Assembly: GCA_001244265.2 (NCBI GenBank) | Contig: CDLV01000009.1 | Span: 1 to 64,000 of the forward strand | Source: Microbotryum violaceum | Taxonomy: Eukaryota | Length of the DNA stretch: 64,000 nt | Reading direction: 5' to 3' | Shown: positions 11,662 through 25,231 of the stretch, in pieces | Position numbering within the stretch: the stretch's first letter is position 1 | Layout: every line of letters starts with the position of its first letter | Position numbers and translations under genes: made by a program | Notes under the pieces: model-generated | Databases searched by the model: none | The model's input: the letters and a program-made list of their open reading frames with translations, nothing else | Told to the model about the DNA's origin: nothing

Positions 11662-12410
11662 CAGTGGTAGGCATGAGTCGTAGGACGAAGAGGTCTTGAG
11701 TCGGCGAGCCCGAGTCGACGCGCGGGAGCTCTTGCGCAGCTCCTCCAAGTCCCGAGCTGCTAAGCGTGCGTGTGGCCGGACTGACCCCCTTGTGCTCGAT
11801 CTCGAATTTCGTGGAGTTTACAGCCGATTGAAGATAGCTCATGTACAAGTGACTTCACCTTCTTGGTATAGAAAACTTTGAACTCTAACGTAATACCACA
11901 AGCTGAAAAGAGTTCGCCGGATTGCTTTTTTTCCGAGCTTCGCTTCGATCATCTCCACAAAACAACCCCACACGCTCCGATCGCCTTAGCTGACCTAGAA
12001 TCCCAGCTTGCTACGATGCCGAAGAATACGATAGTCATTCATGTGCTAGAATGCGCCAAAGTATTTTCTTGCCATGCGAACGAACACGTAGGGTAGGTTC
12101 GAAGACGAGTCAGCCTGGAGATATCAGGTGTCTTTTCTTTTGGTGGGACAGAAGCCGATCAATGAAGCGATCGATCGGTAATTCTCTGTACTGTCGCATG
12201 ATATTAGAATTTGGACTCAAAGATTTACCTAAGAATCGTTGTCGCAGAATATGCGATCGGAGAAATAGTAAGTTGTTTTTCATAGTTAGTTTAAATATAT
12301 ATATTGTTTAAAGTGCATTACACTGCTAGGCGCTCTTTTAACGGGGGAAATTTTTAGCGGAGAAGTAAAGAAAGCAACGTGGAGAACACGAACAAGCGCC
12401 GGCACGCAGG

Positions 12411-13738
12411 CTAGTACAACTTCACCACTGTGGGTTGCACGCCACTGAAGTCATACTTGGGCAGCATGCTCGTCCTTTCACGAATTTTGCGCTTGACCTC
12501 TTCTCCTGGGCCTGGGATCTTGAAGCTCGGAGGATGATCCATGAACAGCGAGATCAAACGCGCGAGGCAGGGACGATGGGCGACTCTGGAGGTGCTATCG
12601 GAGCCTTTGTCAGTGGCCGAGTAGGCACGATCGAGAAGTAAGTGCATCCTTCCATCAATCTTGGCTGGGTTTTTTGATGAGAACGTTTCAGCTCAGTGAC
12701 ATTCCTTACAGGATCACCAACTGAGCCAAGGCCCACTCACCGAACTCGGCTAACATAAAGTAAGGATTTGCGATGAGGAGAGCGAAGCGGGCATTCTCCT
12801 TGCACAAGATGGTGATGATCTGTTGGACAGAGAGTCGGGCTGTGTTCTCAGCCCGAGAGGAGTGTACGCTTCATTGGCACTCCTCATCACAATCGAGCCT
12901 GACTGACTCACATTCAACAAACCGTTCTCGACAGATCCGTTCTCTACATCCTCGACCAGAAACTTCACGCAGCGCATGTCTACGCCTCCACGAGTGGTCG
13001 CTTCAAATTCATCCAAGGCAGCTTTGTTGCTTCCGTCACCCACGACTAGTGTCGTGAGTTTCTGGGGTGTGGGTGTGGACGACCATGAAGCTTAGGGATC
13101 TTCGGCGTTTCGGCGGACGAGCGAGTAGCCACGAAGGTATCTCGGCGGCGAAGGATCGGAGCGACCGACAGGTTCCAATCGCTGCTAAATGTCCGCACGG
13201 GACCCATGATGGCGCAACGCAGCAACAATTCAAAATCCTTTGCCGAAAAAATCTCCTCGTCAAGATAGCACTTCGCTCGAGTTCCGTAAACCCATTTCTG
13301 AATCTCGCCCGGCTTCATCGTCTCGAACTCGTCAACTGCAGCGATTTGACCGCGTCCGAGTCCACATTGAGCGTCGCGAGTTACCCCGTTCTCAAGCGCC
13401 GCGATCGCACGATCGACGATGGTCGTGTCTTGCATGGCGGTGGTCAATCCGAGAAAGTCTGTGTTCTCAATAGCTTTGGTTTTTCCGAACACCTTGTGCG
13501 TGTACGTGTCCACGTCGAATTCAGGCGATTGCACGATTTGAGCCATGAACGCGATCGTGATCCTGGACACGGGGGAGAGGTCGCGGAAATGGGGCGACAG
13601 CAGTGGATCTATGCCGTCGAGAACTCGGGGCGTCGCGTCGGCGTGGGTTGCGAGTGAACGAGTAGAAATGACGCGAGGCAGAACTTGGCTGCGGAATGAG
13701 GGGAAGGATCGAAGGGTCCACATCGTTCGAGCTGACAT
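12411..13738 (-). CDS. Orphan tandem family, copy 4 (three exons; likely mitochondrial presequence; frameshifts)
   Basis: GLTTAMQDTTIVDRAIAALE, ENARFA and HLLLDRAYSA...LISLFMDHPPSFKI motifs; same intron positions as the other copies. Confidence 0.7.
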
Positions 13739-14281
13739 GTTTGCTGAACGGATTGAAGGGAGAAGAGGATGTGACTCGTACGCGGCGGGGGCGGAGAAAG
13801 TTTAAGGAAGGAGTGTGGGTCCGACTAAAGTTTACGACTCCGCGCCTGCTGCCCCCTGTGCTCGCTAAACTTTAATCCGATGCACCGGGTGCATAGCTCG
13901 TCGAACAAGAGATTATATGTGGTGAAAAGTCTAAGATACTTGTGAATCAAAATTTATGTGGCGTTTTCATAACTTTCGGGACTCGAATTATATTCCTTCT
14001 GTTGGTCGATCGAAGAACACCGAAGAGATCCCCACATGCCCCCCACCCCACACAGCATCCGTCGCCGAGCTCCTCGGGCCTTTCAAGCCTCGTGCTCTCG
14101 AATGACTCCTCGCCGTGAAGTGGCACAAACAATTTGAAGAGCAGACACACAGGAATCAATATCCACTGAAACACAGACTCGAAGGCAGCACAAGACCTAA
14201 ACCCCGATCACGAAGCCTCAGTGACTCCGGACCACCATTCGAGCGATCAAGCGATTGACGGAGCAGGGCCGAGTAGGAGAC

Positions 14282-15470
14282 CTACTCCCCCGGAATCGAC
14301 GGCAACAACCCAGTCATGTCGTAAGCCGAACCAAGTTCCGTTGTCTTCTCTCGAACCTTGTACTTCACATTTTCTCCCGGACGGTCGATCTTGAATTCGG
14401 GGAAATGATTCATGAAGAGGGCGAGCAAGACAGCAAGAACGGGGCGATAGGGGGCCGACGATCCAGAGTCGGGACCTTCATCGACGGCGGAGTAGATGCG
14501 GTCGAGGAGGAGGTGAGTTTTGCCTTCGACGTGAACTGCTCGAGTCAAGATTGAGACGAGCCAGTTGAAGCTACACCGCTCAGGGAGCTGTTCGTACTCC
14601 GCTCACCAAGCTCAGCCAGCAAGAAATAAGGGGTCGCGATGAGAAGAGCGAAGCGAGCGTTCTTGGCTTCAGTCATGCGCAGGATCATCTTTTGAAAAGT
14701 ATGAAGATGGACGTTACTCAGTTCTTCGTGGGCAGTTGTCATCTCCCTCAATCCACAACTGGCAAAGCTGGGTACTTCACCTTGGTGAGCACACTCTCGG
14801 CATCTCGTCCCTCGAGTTTGTCCACCTGATGGATTAAGGTCTTCATGAAAAGCAGATTTACACCTCGGCGCGAGAAGGCTTCCAGCTGCGCTAGCGCTCG
14901 CGAATGTATCAGGAGACCATTCTCATCTAGTTCTTGATTCAAGTCTTCGTACTCGACTACGACAAAGGTCGTCAAAGGTCGATTTGTCGCCGACGAAGAG
15001 GAAGCTTGACCATCACCGGGTCCTTTGACGAGTACAAAGTTGTACATCTCGTCCTCTTCAGAGGTGACGAGGTTGAGGTCTTGATCACGAGCGAGGATTC
15101 GAGCGATGGGGAGGATGGCACGTTTGATCAGGCGAGGCAGGTTGTCGATCGCGATGATGGTACGATGGGACATGTGCTTCGGTTGGGCCCCCCACAGGTG
15201 GTCCTGCAGATCCTCGCCGTGCTTCAAGTCCTCCAGCTTGACACCATCCGCCATGCAGCCAGCGAGAAGTCCCTTTTCGACAGCAGCGACCGCACGATCG
15301 ACGACGGTGGTGTCCTGCACGGCCGACGTGAGCGCCATCATCGGATGCTTGGTGAGGTCAAGTCTCGGCGCTTGAAGCGACAGCGCCACAAGCACACGCA
15401 CGAAGTCCCCCATGTTCTCTGGCATGCTGAAGCCAGAAGAATCCTCCGTTCCGTCATTCGCAGTAGGCAT
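14282..15470 (-). CDS. Orphan tandem family, copy 5 (three exons, apparently intact)
   Basis: ALTSAVQDTTVVDRAVAAVEK, FVVVEYED, NARFALLIATPYFLLAEL and HLLLDRIYSAV...LLALFMNHFPEFKI; GT-AG introns. Confidence 0.8.
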
Positions 15471-16030
15471 GTTCGATGATGATGAAGATGACGTGCTGAG
15501 TTGAGTCAGAGTACTCGGAGCGTGGCGAGGATGCTTGTAGTGAGTAGGCCGCGACGAGCGTGGGAAGAGTAAGAGTGATCTCCGCTCAACTCAGGGCCGA
15601 TCCGATGACCCCGAAAATGCTCCTCCGCAGCACGTCTGGCCAAGCGGGCGCGGGGGGGCACTGACCTCCTGAGCTTAATCACCGATCTCAGATTTCCTCA
15701 TGCTGGCCCGAATAGATGGTTCTTCACCAGCGGTGTTTTATCCCACTGAAAATCTCAAAACTTCTGAACTAAGCATGGCACAGACCATGCGCAAAGCAGA
15801 GCGAGTTAGAAATCAACTCTGGGGCTTCATCGCGATCACCCGACCGGTCACACCGGCCTTTGCGGTTCCACGCTCGGAGCTCGGCTAGAATCGCCGGCCA
15901 CAGGCATGCAGCACAGCTGGACTGCTGAGTCGTATTACAATGATGGCAAACAGAATGCTGGAAATGCGTGAGGGTACGACGTAACACAAATTTGCTGGAG
16001 TGGATCTGTGGTTAAAGAGAGCTCCCGATC

Positions 16031-17299
16031 CTAGTCCCCTTGCGACTCCAAGGGTCGAATGGAAAACTTGCTCGGATCATACGCTCCTCCAAGCTCCTTG
16101 ACTTTCGTCCTGACCTTATCCTTGATCACCTCACTCGGGCCATCGATCTTGAAGCCTTGTTTGTGATCCATGAATAACGCGAGGAGAAGTGCAAGGAAGG
16201 GACGGTACTCGAGGTCCGAGTCGGCCGATTCGGTCGGATCCTCGCGTACGGCGGTGTAGACTTGGTCGAGGAGGAGGTGCCATTTGCCGTCGATTGTGAC
16301 TGGTAGATCCGGGTGTTAATCAAACGATCTTAATTGAAACTACCGACTGCAGGATCGACCATGGCCAAGTACTCACCGAGTTCGGCGAGCATGTAGTACG
16401 GCGTCGCAAAGAAGATGAGGAACCTTCCATTCTTCGCCTCCTGCACGCTCCAAGCCGCCTGCCGAATCGACCGTTCGGCGTAAGTATCGAAGAAAGACTT
16501 GATTCGGTTTCGATCCTGAAACAGCGATCGGCCTCACCTGCATCACCAGGTTCTCCAAATACCTCCCTTCGGACCCCTCAAGCATGAGCTTGACGAAACG
16601 GATGTCAATCCCATCGTACGAACTTGCTTCGAACGACGCCAAGAACTCGGAATGCACGCGGAGGCCGTCGGAGAAAACGGGCTCCCCTCCATCCTCGATG
16701 TTGTTGGCGACAAAAGTGACGAGGGTTTCGTTGGTCGCGGTCGATGACGACGCTTGGTTGCCCGGTCCTTTGACGAGCGAGTAGTTCCTACAGCAATCGA
16801 GCCCCTCCGTCGCAAGGTTCGATCCTTGATCCTCAGAGAGAAGCTGAACAGTAGGTAAAATGATCTCTTGGACGCAACGATGAAATCTGTCGATCAGCAT
16901 CATCTCGCGATGCTCTGCCTCTCTCGCCTCCTTGCCCCACAACCAGTCCTGCAGATCGACCAACTTGAAATCCTGATCTTGCATCTCGCTCTTCAGCTCG
17001 GGGCTCAACTTGCTCCTACTAGGCTGTTCGAGCACACCCTTCTTCAACGCCGCCAAAGCACGATCAACGATACTTGTATCACGAACAGCGCAAGTCAAGC
17101 CCATCAACGGGTGTTGAGAGGGATCGAAATCAGGCGATTGTAACGACAAAGCGACCATGCACTCTGCGACCTCAACCATCTTCTCTTGGGTCCGAAACGC
17201 GAAGGAGACGTTCTGCGGACCATGAATTATTGGTGTAGACGGGGATGAGATAGACTTGGGTGACTTGTTCCTCGGTTTGAGGCTACGACAAGGAGGCAT
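16031..17299 (-). CDS. Orphan tandem family, copy 6 (three exons)
   Basis: GLTCAVRDTSIVDRALAALKK, NGRFLIFFATPYYMLAEL and HLLLDQVYTAV...LLALFMDH; one short frameshift in a C-run of the last exon. Confidence 0.75.
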
Positions 17300-17773
17300 G
17301 GCGTGCGTGTTGGGGTGGGGAGAGGTCGATGCAAGCGAGTGAGGTGCGGAGGCAGAGGAGCAATTCGAGTGAGGGGCGAAGCGAGCGCCAAGCTCCACCC
17401 CCGCCCCACCCCCGCATTCTCTCAACGTGCATGAGCCTCCTGAAATCGGGGGGCGGGGGCGCACTCGGAATTGAGCCACGACGAGATTTTCAGTCAGAAG
17501 AGATCATTCTGGTCCATCCAAGCTGTCCTTCACGATAATCTGTCGTACATCAACTGCTTGAAAGAATGCTTGAGGTTGGCCACGCCGTCTTGCGCAGCTA
17601 GAACGAACCTCCTCTCACCGTCGCCCTCGGCCATGAACGTGATATCATACGCAATGATTAGGCTAACATTTCCACGACATCATACCGCCCTCCTGAATCC
17701 TCCTATAGTCGTACAACAAATCAAAAGACTGCTCTTCCAAGAAATCCCCCTAAGCTTCCTCTATTTTCCCAGC

Positions 17774-20554
17774 TCAAGCTTCTCCCCAAGGTTCCTCGAT
17801 TAATTCCCTCCTGCTCATTTCGAGCACCAACTTCGTCCTCAGGTAAGGCATATGCGACTGTTCAAAGTCAAAGAAATCGGCATCGCGGGAAAGGGTTTCC
17901 ATGTACATGCACTGCTCGATCATTCGCAGCAACGATCAGCTTCTCACCGTGACGAGTATTACTTCCGCCCCTCGCCACGACGACCCCCGAAAGCAACTCG
18001 AACTGACCGTAAACACTCCACAATCAGACCCATTCCCCTGCAGCGGCACTTCCCCCCCTGTCCAACCCTGTTCCCATCCACTCAAATCTATCTCCTCGCC
18101 ACCATGTCGTGTCTTGTACTCCTCCTCAACCCACATCCTCAACAACTTGTACACCTTCTTGGACCCGTTGCCCAACGAATCAAAGTACTCAAAGCGCTTG
18201 TCACGCAAGTTAACGGCGGCGCATACCCAATGGTTACCGCCTTGGTTAATGGGAACGATGATGCGGTCCTTTTTGAATGGGTCGAACTAGGCGTCGTACC
18301 GTGGGAGGTAAAGAAGCCCGTCAGCCTCCACCTCGAACGCACGTTTTTTCTCTGGATACCTTGCAACTCACCCTCCTGGACCACCTCTTGACGGCCGAAT
18401 AACCGAGGTCCCTCAACTTTTCAAAGAAGTTATGATTGAACGCATGTACATCCAACACCCTCCTCTCCTTCTCCTCGGGTTGCTTCAAAGGTGGATTCTT
18501 CTTCGGATCAAGCGGATGATACAAAGCTGACCTGAGGTTGATCAACGCGCCGTAAAAAGTGATAGTTTCATCGTTGAGCCATCCTAAACCTTGGAGGAAG
18601 GATACGTCCCTGTGTCTGACTTCGCCGCCGTTGATGCTGGAGATGAAGGAACGGTTGGCGTAGATCGCTTTGACGGTCGCGAGGTCCGAGGGTGTGAGCG
18701 TGCGAGGGAACTGGTGTGAGGGATGCAAAATCAATCAGAACCCTCTTTCGCGGGATCAACTCTCACGTCTATCACTCACCATTCGCCGTTTGGGAGGTTT
18801 GACCGAAAGCAACTCGAGCTGACGCTGGGTCTCGAGGTACTCGTCATACTTGAACGTCCTACTCTCTGGTCGAGGGCTGCGAGTATGCAATCAGCACCAA
18901 CACGGTCAGTTGCAGTCTCAGAAGGTCCTTCACGAACAGGTAACCGTGCGCGTCCCGTGTTCATCCAGCGCGGAACTTACGTCTCCATCGTCGCCTTGGC
19001 CTTGCTCAAAACGGAATCGACATCGCGCGAGTACTTGAATGACGCCTTGCGCGCGATCTGCGAAGGCTTCCTCGCTCTTGACGTGACTGTGATCGCGAAA
19101 AGATAACAATTCGCCTTTTTTTTTGTTGAGTTGCTGGACATGGGTAGAAAAAAGGTGCGTTGCATTCTCTTGCAACTCACTCGTCTGCGCGGTTTCCATA
19201 TCTTCATTCGCCTGCATCACGCGCTGGCGATACGCATCGACTGCAGCAATACGAGCAAGCCCAGCCGTTCAGTAACGTCATCACTTTGACCACATGCACA
19301 CCCCATACGATCAAAGTCCCCGAAGAACTCACGATCATTGGCCCTAGCCAAATCCTCCTCCTCCTGACTAAGCGCGATCGTCGCCAACTCGTGCACCGTC
19401 TCGGCCCGCTGTCGATGGTTCAATTCCGAGTGCTGTCTCCCATGGGATCGAGAAGGCTCACATAAGCAGGCTGATCAAAAAACACACGCTGTAGTGTCAA
19501 CATTCGAAACCCACGGACCTTGTTCGCGCCCATCGGTTTCTTCTTCCTCCAACTCGACAAGACCTGTCCACCTTCCCCAGCGCGTCGATTGTTCCCCGCG
19601 ACGAACGAAGTCGAGGTCGAACTCTGCGGCAAGTACTGAGGCGGTGGTGGTCTTTTCAACAAGGTCGGTTTCTCAGGTTCGGGTATACCCTTGGCGCGTG
19701 CGATCGTACAATCGAAGCGATAGGCCTTGCGCGCTTCTTCGTACGCGATGAAGGCTGGGTCGAGGACAGGACCGCTGCCGGACCCGATGGCGGCGGCGGA
19801 GGAGGAGGAGGATGGGGATGCTAGTGCAACAGCTGTTTTGGAGGATGGTGGGAAAGCCATCTTGGAGGAGAACTGCTTGATCGTCTTGGACGACGAGCGG
19901 GGTTGCGAATTCGTCGTCGTTTTCATTGTGATCGCGGGTGGGAAAGCGGGTGTCGTATAGAGCGATTGCCGTTTCGAGTTGGACGGGGGTGGAGGTATTC
20001 GTTTGGAAGGGGTGTCATCATTCATGTCGCAATCTAGCTGTGAGGCATCATCGATGACAGAGGGAGGTGTCGCATGGGCCGGGGGTTCGGCTTCTCGAGC
20101 TGTTGTTTATTCAGTAAGACTGAACCATCAGCACCAGGATTCGGACACGCATACGAAAGCGCACCAACTTACCGAACGGTGGTTTGGGGAACCACATGCG
20201 ATTCCACAACTTGGCAAACACGTTCTTGCCGGCGCTACTGCGCTCGCTATTCGCACTGATCGTACTCGTGCTCGTGCTCTGGTCGTTCTCCTGCGACCGA
20301 TGAAGCCTAGGACTGATCCCGGTCGTCGACACTCTCCTGGTCTTCTTATTCGGAAAAGACAAGGGTTGGAACCTTAACGACGACGAGGAAGTGGCCGAAG
20401 AATGACGTTTTGAGTTGGTCGAATCGTCCAAAGTCGAACGCGTACGTTTGGACGGGGACAGCTGATGAGGTCGTTGGTGGTGGTGGTGGTGGTGGTTCTC
20501 TCTAGATGTGTGGGTGTAGGATGTGGAGGGTGTGCTGGGTCGGAAGCCGGGCAT
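17774..20554 (-). CDS. ULP1: Ulp1-family SUMO protease (peptidase C48) with long low-complexity N-terminus, multi-exon
   Basis: WLNDETITFY, NHWVCAAVN (His), EYFDSLG (Asp), QGNGSDCGVF (Cys) and FEQSHMPYLR. Confidence 0.88.
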
Positions 20555-21159
20555 GGTGCGAGGAGGGGGGGGGGCGGGGCGGACAGGGGCCTGGGCGTTG
20601 ACTGAGAGGAGAGAAGCAGAGCTGTTTGCTCCGTCACCAGATAAAATGAATTGGCTACTAATCTCATTTGATCGGTTGAGCGCGAGGTGCAATAATCTAC
20701 CTTTCGCGCGCGGCGTGAGCTGTTTGCTCCCTCACCTTATTAAAACCGAAAACCGTGCTTCCGAGATGAATTGAATTGGCTACTAATCCTCATTTGACCG
20801 GTTGAGCGCGAGGTGTAAATAGCGCGCCGGCCGAGGTGAGACACTTGGCAGGCGTGCGATGATCGGCGACCGCCAGCTGTTGTTGCTCAATATGCTTACA
20901 CCCTGGTCGTCGACCGAGCCGATCTCAAGCATCTTCAACGTCGTCCGCAGCCACGCACCCGCTCTCTTCCTCTGACCTAGCCCTGACCCCCCCTATTCAC
21001 ACTTATCTGCCACCGCACCCCGTCGCGAGTGGCCAAGTCACGCGGTTCACCGACGGCGACTGTGCCCGTTGCTGGCTGCTGCGTAGCTCTGGCCACCCCT
21101 CGAAAGCGACTCCCCAAGGTTGTCCTCGACCCTGACTTTTTACGTCATCAACCGACGAT

Positions 21160-22207
21160 ATGTAAGCTCTCCCCTTGCTGTGTTGTTCGTGTGTTGGGCC
21201 GGGCTGATGCGTCGATTCCGCTCGCCGTCGTTCTCACGCTTTCGTCCCTCTCGCGCACTGACTCACTTGCCCGACTGGCCGATGCCGATCCCCTCCGATC
21301 GATCGAATTCGCACTACACCGAACCCGACACCGACCCTAACTGCCCGCCAAAAAGGGGTCTGCAACACCGGGAATACCTCACTTCGGACGTCAAGGTGTT
21401 TGGCTGCCGCACGTGCAAGACCCATTTGAGCATACACGAGCACATCGAATCAAAGGTAAAACTCCCGCCCCCGCGATCATGAAACACGTCCCCATCCCAC
21501 ATCACACGAGTGAACACGCGCAAACTGAAGAACCACATTCTCGGAACTTATACAGAACTTTAATGGACAGCATGGAAGGGCGTATTTGTTCACGACCGTG
21601 TGAGTTCCCCCGAGTCGGTTTTCCGAGCAAGTGGGGCCCAAGAAGTGCGCCGGGGAGGGGGGGGGGGACTCTCCGCTCCCCATCTTCCCCCCTCTGCGAT
21701 TTCACGTCCCTGATCAGTCCCCAAGATCCTCTTTTCCTCCAGATACAACATCAACGCCGGACCACCCGAGGACCGACCGATGACGACGGGGTTGCATACC
21801 GTGAGGGACATCAGCTGCGCCAAATGGTAGGTCCTTGCTTGGCAGGAATTTACAGCAAGAATGGAGCGGCCGAGCGAAATTTTCTTCGAGCGCATCGTAG
21901 ATCAGCACGGCTAACACTTGTGTGTGCATTCCTGTCACTCAGTGGGGATGTTTTGGGGTGGAAATACGGCACGTTCTCACTCCCTCTCTTCTCACCCCTA
22001 CTTGCGACCGAGCCCAAACTCACCTCCCCTTTCTCTGCCTCGTCCCGTAGACAAAGCCTACGATGCCTCGCAAAAGTACAAGGAAGGTAAATTCATTCTC
22101 GAGCGAACACTGACCGGTGAGTTAGCACGTCCTTCACAAAAAAAGGAACAATTCAACCCGATCAGATCTGACGATCCCGAACAAATATTACAGTTGACGT
22201 CAGTTAA
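21160..22207 (+). CDS. MOH1: Yippee/Moh1 zinc-binding protein, multi-exon
   Basis: MGLQHREYL...[11 protein letters not shown]...[14 protein letters not shown]...[18 protein letters not shown]...[23 protein letters not shown]. Confidence 0.9.
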
Positions 22208-23009
22208 GACTCGACTCTTCTCTCCATCCATTTTCTGCATCCTTTCGCATCTCATTTCTCCGTCTTCGTCCCGCGCATTCACTTTGGTCGTCTTTCCATC
22301 CAACCCAAGCTTTTCGTTCCTTCTCTGCTCTGGTCCTCCTCCGTCATGTTTTACCCAAGACTCTTTCACCTGTTTTTTACCGTTGTGCTGAATAGAGTTT
22401 TTTTAGTTTTAGTTTTAGTTTTTTTTGCTTTCCCCCCTCCCGTTCCATCATTTTCCTTATCGTGTATTATTTTTTGATATACTTTCGACACCTTCGTTTC
22501 GCTCCAAATGTAAACGTATCGAAAACCCTCTCCGATCGTTCCAACGAGTGCTCTCAAAAATCTCTCACTGACGACCCAATCGGGTGGGCAGAGGGAACAA
22601 ACCGCCGCCCAAAGAAAGAACGACAAGACATGATGTTATTACAAAACCAACCGGAAAGACCACATACATGTACCCAACGCGCCTCACGCCTCAATGAAGG
22701 CTTGGTCCTCGTACCCCTCACCACCACCCGCTTGAAGGACGACGACCTTGCGCAGAGAGAGAGACAGAGAAAAACTCTACCTTCCTCCCCAAGCCAGCAC
22801 TCCACTCAAAAAAACCCAATCACTTTGCGCACCCCAAACCCCGAATCCCAACTCCTCACAACTGTCCTCAAAAAAACAGCGGCTCAAAGATTTTGCCTGA
22901 AAAAAGTGTCGGGGTTTTTATTTATTTAAGAGTAATGATAGGATCATGCATGACCAGGTTGTCGAAGAATGAGTTTTGAGGGTTTCGCAATCCCGACTTT
23001 ATTGATTGA

Positions 23010-24073
23010 TTACTCGGCTTTGGACCCGACGATCGATCCATCATGAACGTTGACGCCTAATCTCGGTACGATTTGGAACTAATCGAACCAAAGAGGTAGT
23101 CACCCGAAGAAGAAAATAAAAAAATAAAAAAATAAATCAGTATCGCAAGTCGAACCAAAGAAAGGAATTGCCTTCAAATCCCCCTTCTTCAAGTAATTGC
23201 ACCCCGAACTCACTGTCGCCAAACACCTCCCAAACAACTTCAAAAGATTGACCTGATTCGCATTCAAAGCATCGCCCCTTTTGCACACGACATGTTCGTT
23301 CGCCAAGGTGGGTACACCCCTATTGAGCGTGGTTGAAAGACCTAGTTTACGAAGTTGGGGTTCCAAGGAATGCGCGAGGGGTTGATCGTCGATCTTGAGG
23401 GGTCCTGAGGAAGGAGGGAAGGAAGAGAAAAAAAGCACTCAGTCCGAAAAGTTCACCGTGTGAATGGGGGTGCATGGTCAACGGACCAGCAGGTAATGTG
23501 AAGCTTTCGTCGACGACGTTGCCCGAACGAGCAAAATCCTGCTTCTTGAACGACTCGAACCATTCCTCCACCACGTCGGCCGGTTCGTTGGTGAACAAAA
23601 GTCCGCGCGAACCTTCGAGGAGCTGCGAGGTGAACAAGGGAGCAAACCAGGATGAGCAGGGGTTTGGAAGGGAGCCAGGAGGTAACCGTACGTTGGCTAC
23701 TTTGGATACGCCGAGACGGCACTCGTCTTCGGGTGTCGCACCGAGCGCTTTCCTCATCACCGCGTTACGACCCAAGAATATCCTGTCCCAACCGAACGCA
23801 CACTCGAATGATCAGTTCTGCACCCCCTGTACCCCAACTCTGGTCATCCTTTCCCTTCACACCAGCCCGCGTTCCCACTCACCTCGACCCCTTCCAAGCA
23901 GTCCTAACCTCCTGTAACAAGTTATTCCTCATATGCTCGACATCAAACACCCAAACGTATTGAAACTCCTCGCAACAGTCGCGGATGGTCTGGATCAATT
24001 GACCCTTGTGCGCCTTGTCCTTTTTGTTCGTTTGCGTGAGCGCAACGGTCGTGTTGCGTTTGGAACGGGGCAT
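23010..24073 (-). CDS. MRT4: Ribosome assembly factor Mrt4 (uL10-like), multi-exon
   Basis: MPRSKRNTTVALTQTNKKDK...MRNNLLQEVRTAWKGS|RIFLGRNAVMRKALG...GLLFTNE...DFARSG...HSLEPQLRKLGL...QVNLLKLFG. Confidence 0.93.
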
Positions 24074-24532
24074 GGTTGAAGCGGGAGGAGCAGCAGGGGT
24101 AGGAAGCGAGGGGTGGTCTGTTGGGTTTGTATGTGGATACGAGTGGAGCAGAGAGTGAAGCTCCCGCGCGGGTGGAATCTCGTCTGCGGTTCGGCTGCGA
24201 AGTTTGACTGCTCCGCGCACGCTCGGCTGATAGCGCTGAGGATAAATACCAATTTCTGAATTTGTAATTGAGCCGGGCTGAGCCGAGATTCGCAGCGAAA
24301 CGCCAAGTCCAAAGCTTCCCTGTAGGGAACCAATCTCTCTCTCTATCCACACACAAAGCACGCATACCCACACGCACGCACACGGTAGTACGGTAGCCCT
24401 CACACCTCGACTTTGGAACACTGCTCATTCACTCAGGATCTCAGCCCTCCTCGCCGCCCCCTGTCTTGTCTTGCACTGCCCGCTCTCGTACCCGGACCCC
24501 TAACCACGAGGATCACCACCCCATCCCCATCC

Positions 24533-25200
24533 ATGTCCACCTCAGCTTCCACCTCCACCAGCTCTTCCGACCTCTTTGACGAGCTAGACGCCCAGCTCAA
24601 CTCGTCGTCGACGCCGCTGGCGCAACGTTTTCGCGCGCTATTTACACTCAAGTCCCTCGGCGGACATCGTGCCATCGACGTGATCGGCAAAGGTGCGCAC
24701 ATCTTGGCACGTCCAGCGCTATTTTCATTCGGGAGCTAAATGGCTTCTCAGGAACCCCCGCCCAGGTTTCGATGGTCAATCGGCTTTGCTCGGTCATGAA
24801 TTGGCGTATTGTCTCGGGCAAATCAACGATCCTTACGCTTTGCCGATCCTGCGAAAAGTGCTGGAAGATGAAGACGAACACCCCATGGTTCGACACGAGG
24901 TACTTCACTATTCAGAGCTTTCTTTTCGAACTGGCTTCCAAGCGCAGAGAGCGATTCCTCCTCCTCCTCCGAACTAAACCCTCCTTCCCTCCCTCCCCCC
25001 CGAATAGGCAGCCGAAGCCATGGGAGCCATCTCGGACCTTTCCTCTCTCCCCGTATTGAAGAAATACCTCACCCACCCAATCGCCGCAATTCGAGAAACA
25101 GCGGAGATCGCTCTCGCCAAGATTGAATGGGATAATTCCGAGGAGGGCAAGAAGGAAAAGAGGCCAAAGTCAGTCACTCAAGAGAGTCTACCTGCTGAAG

Positions 25201-25231
<31 letters not shown>

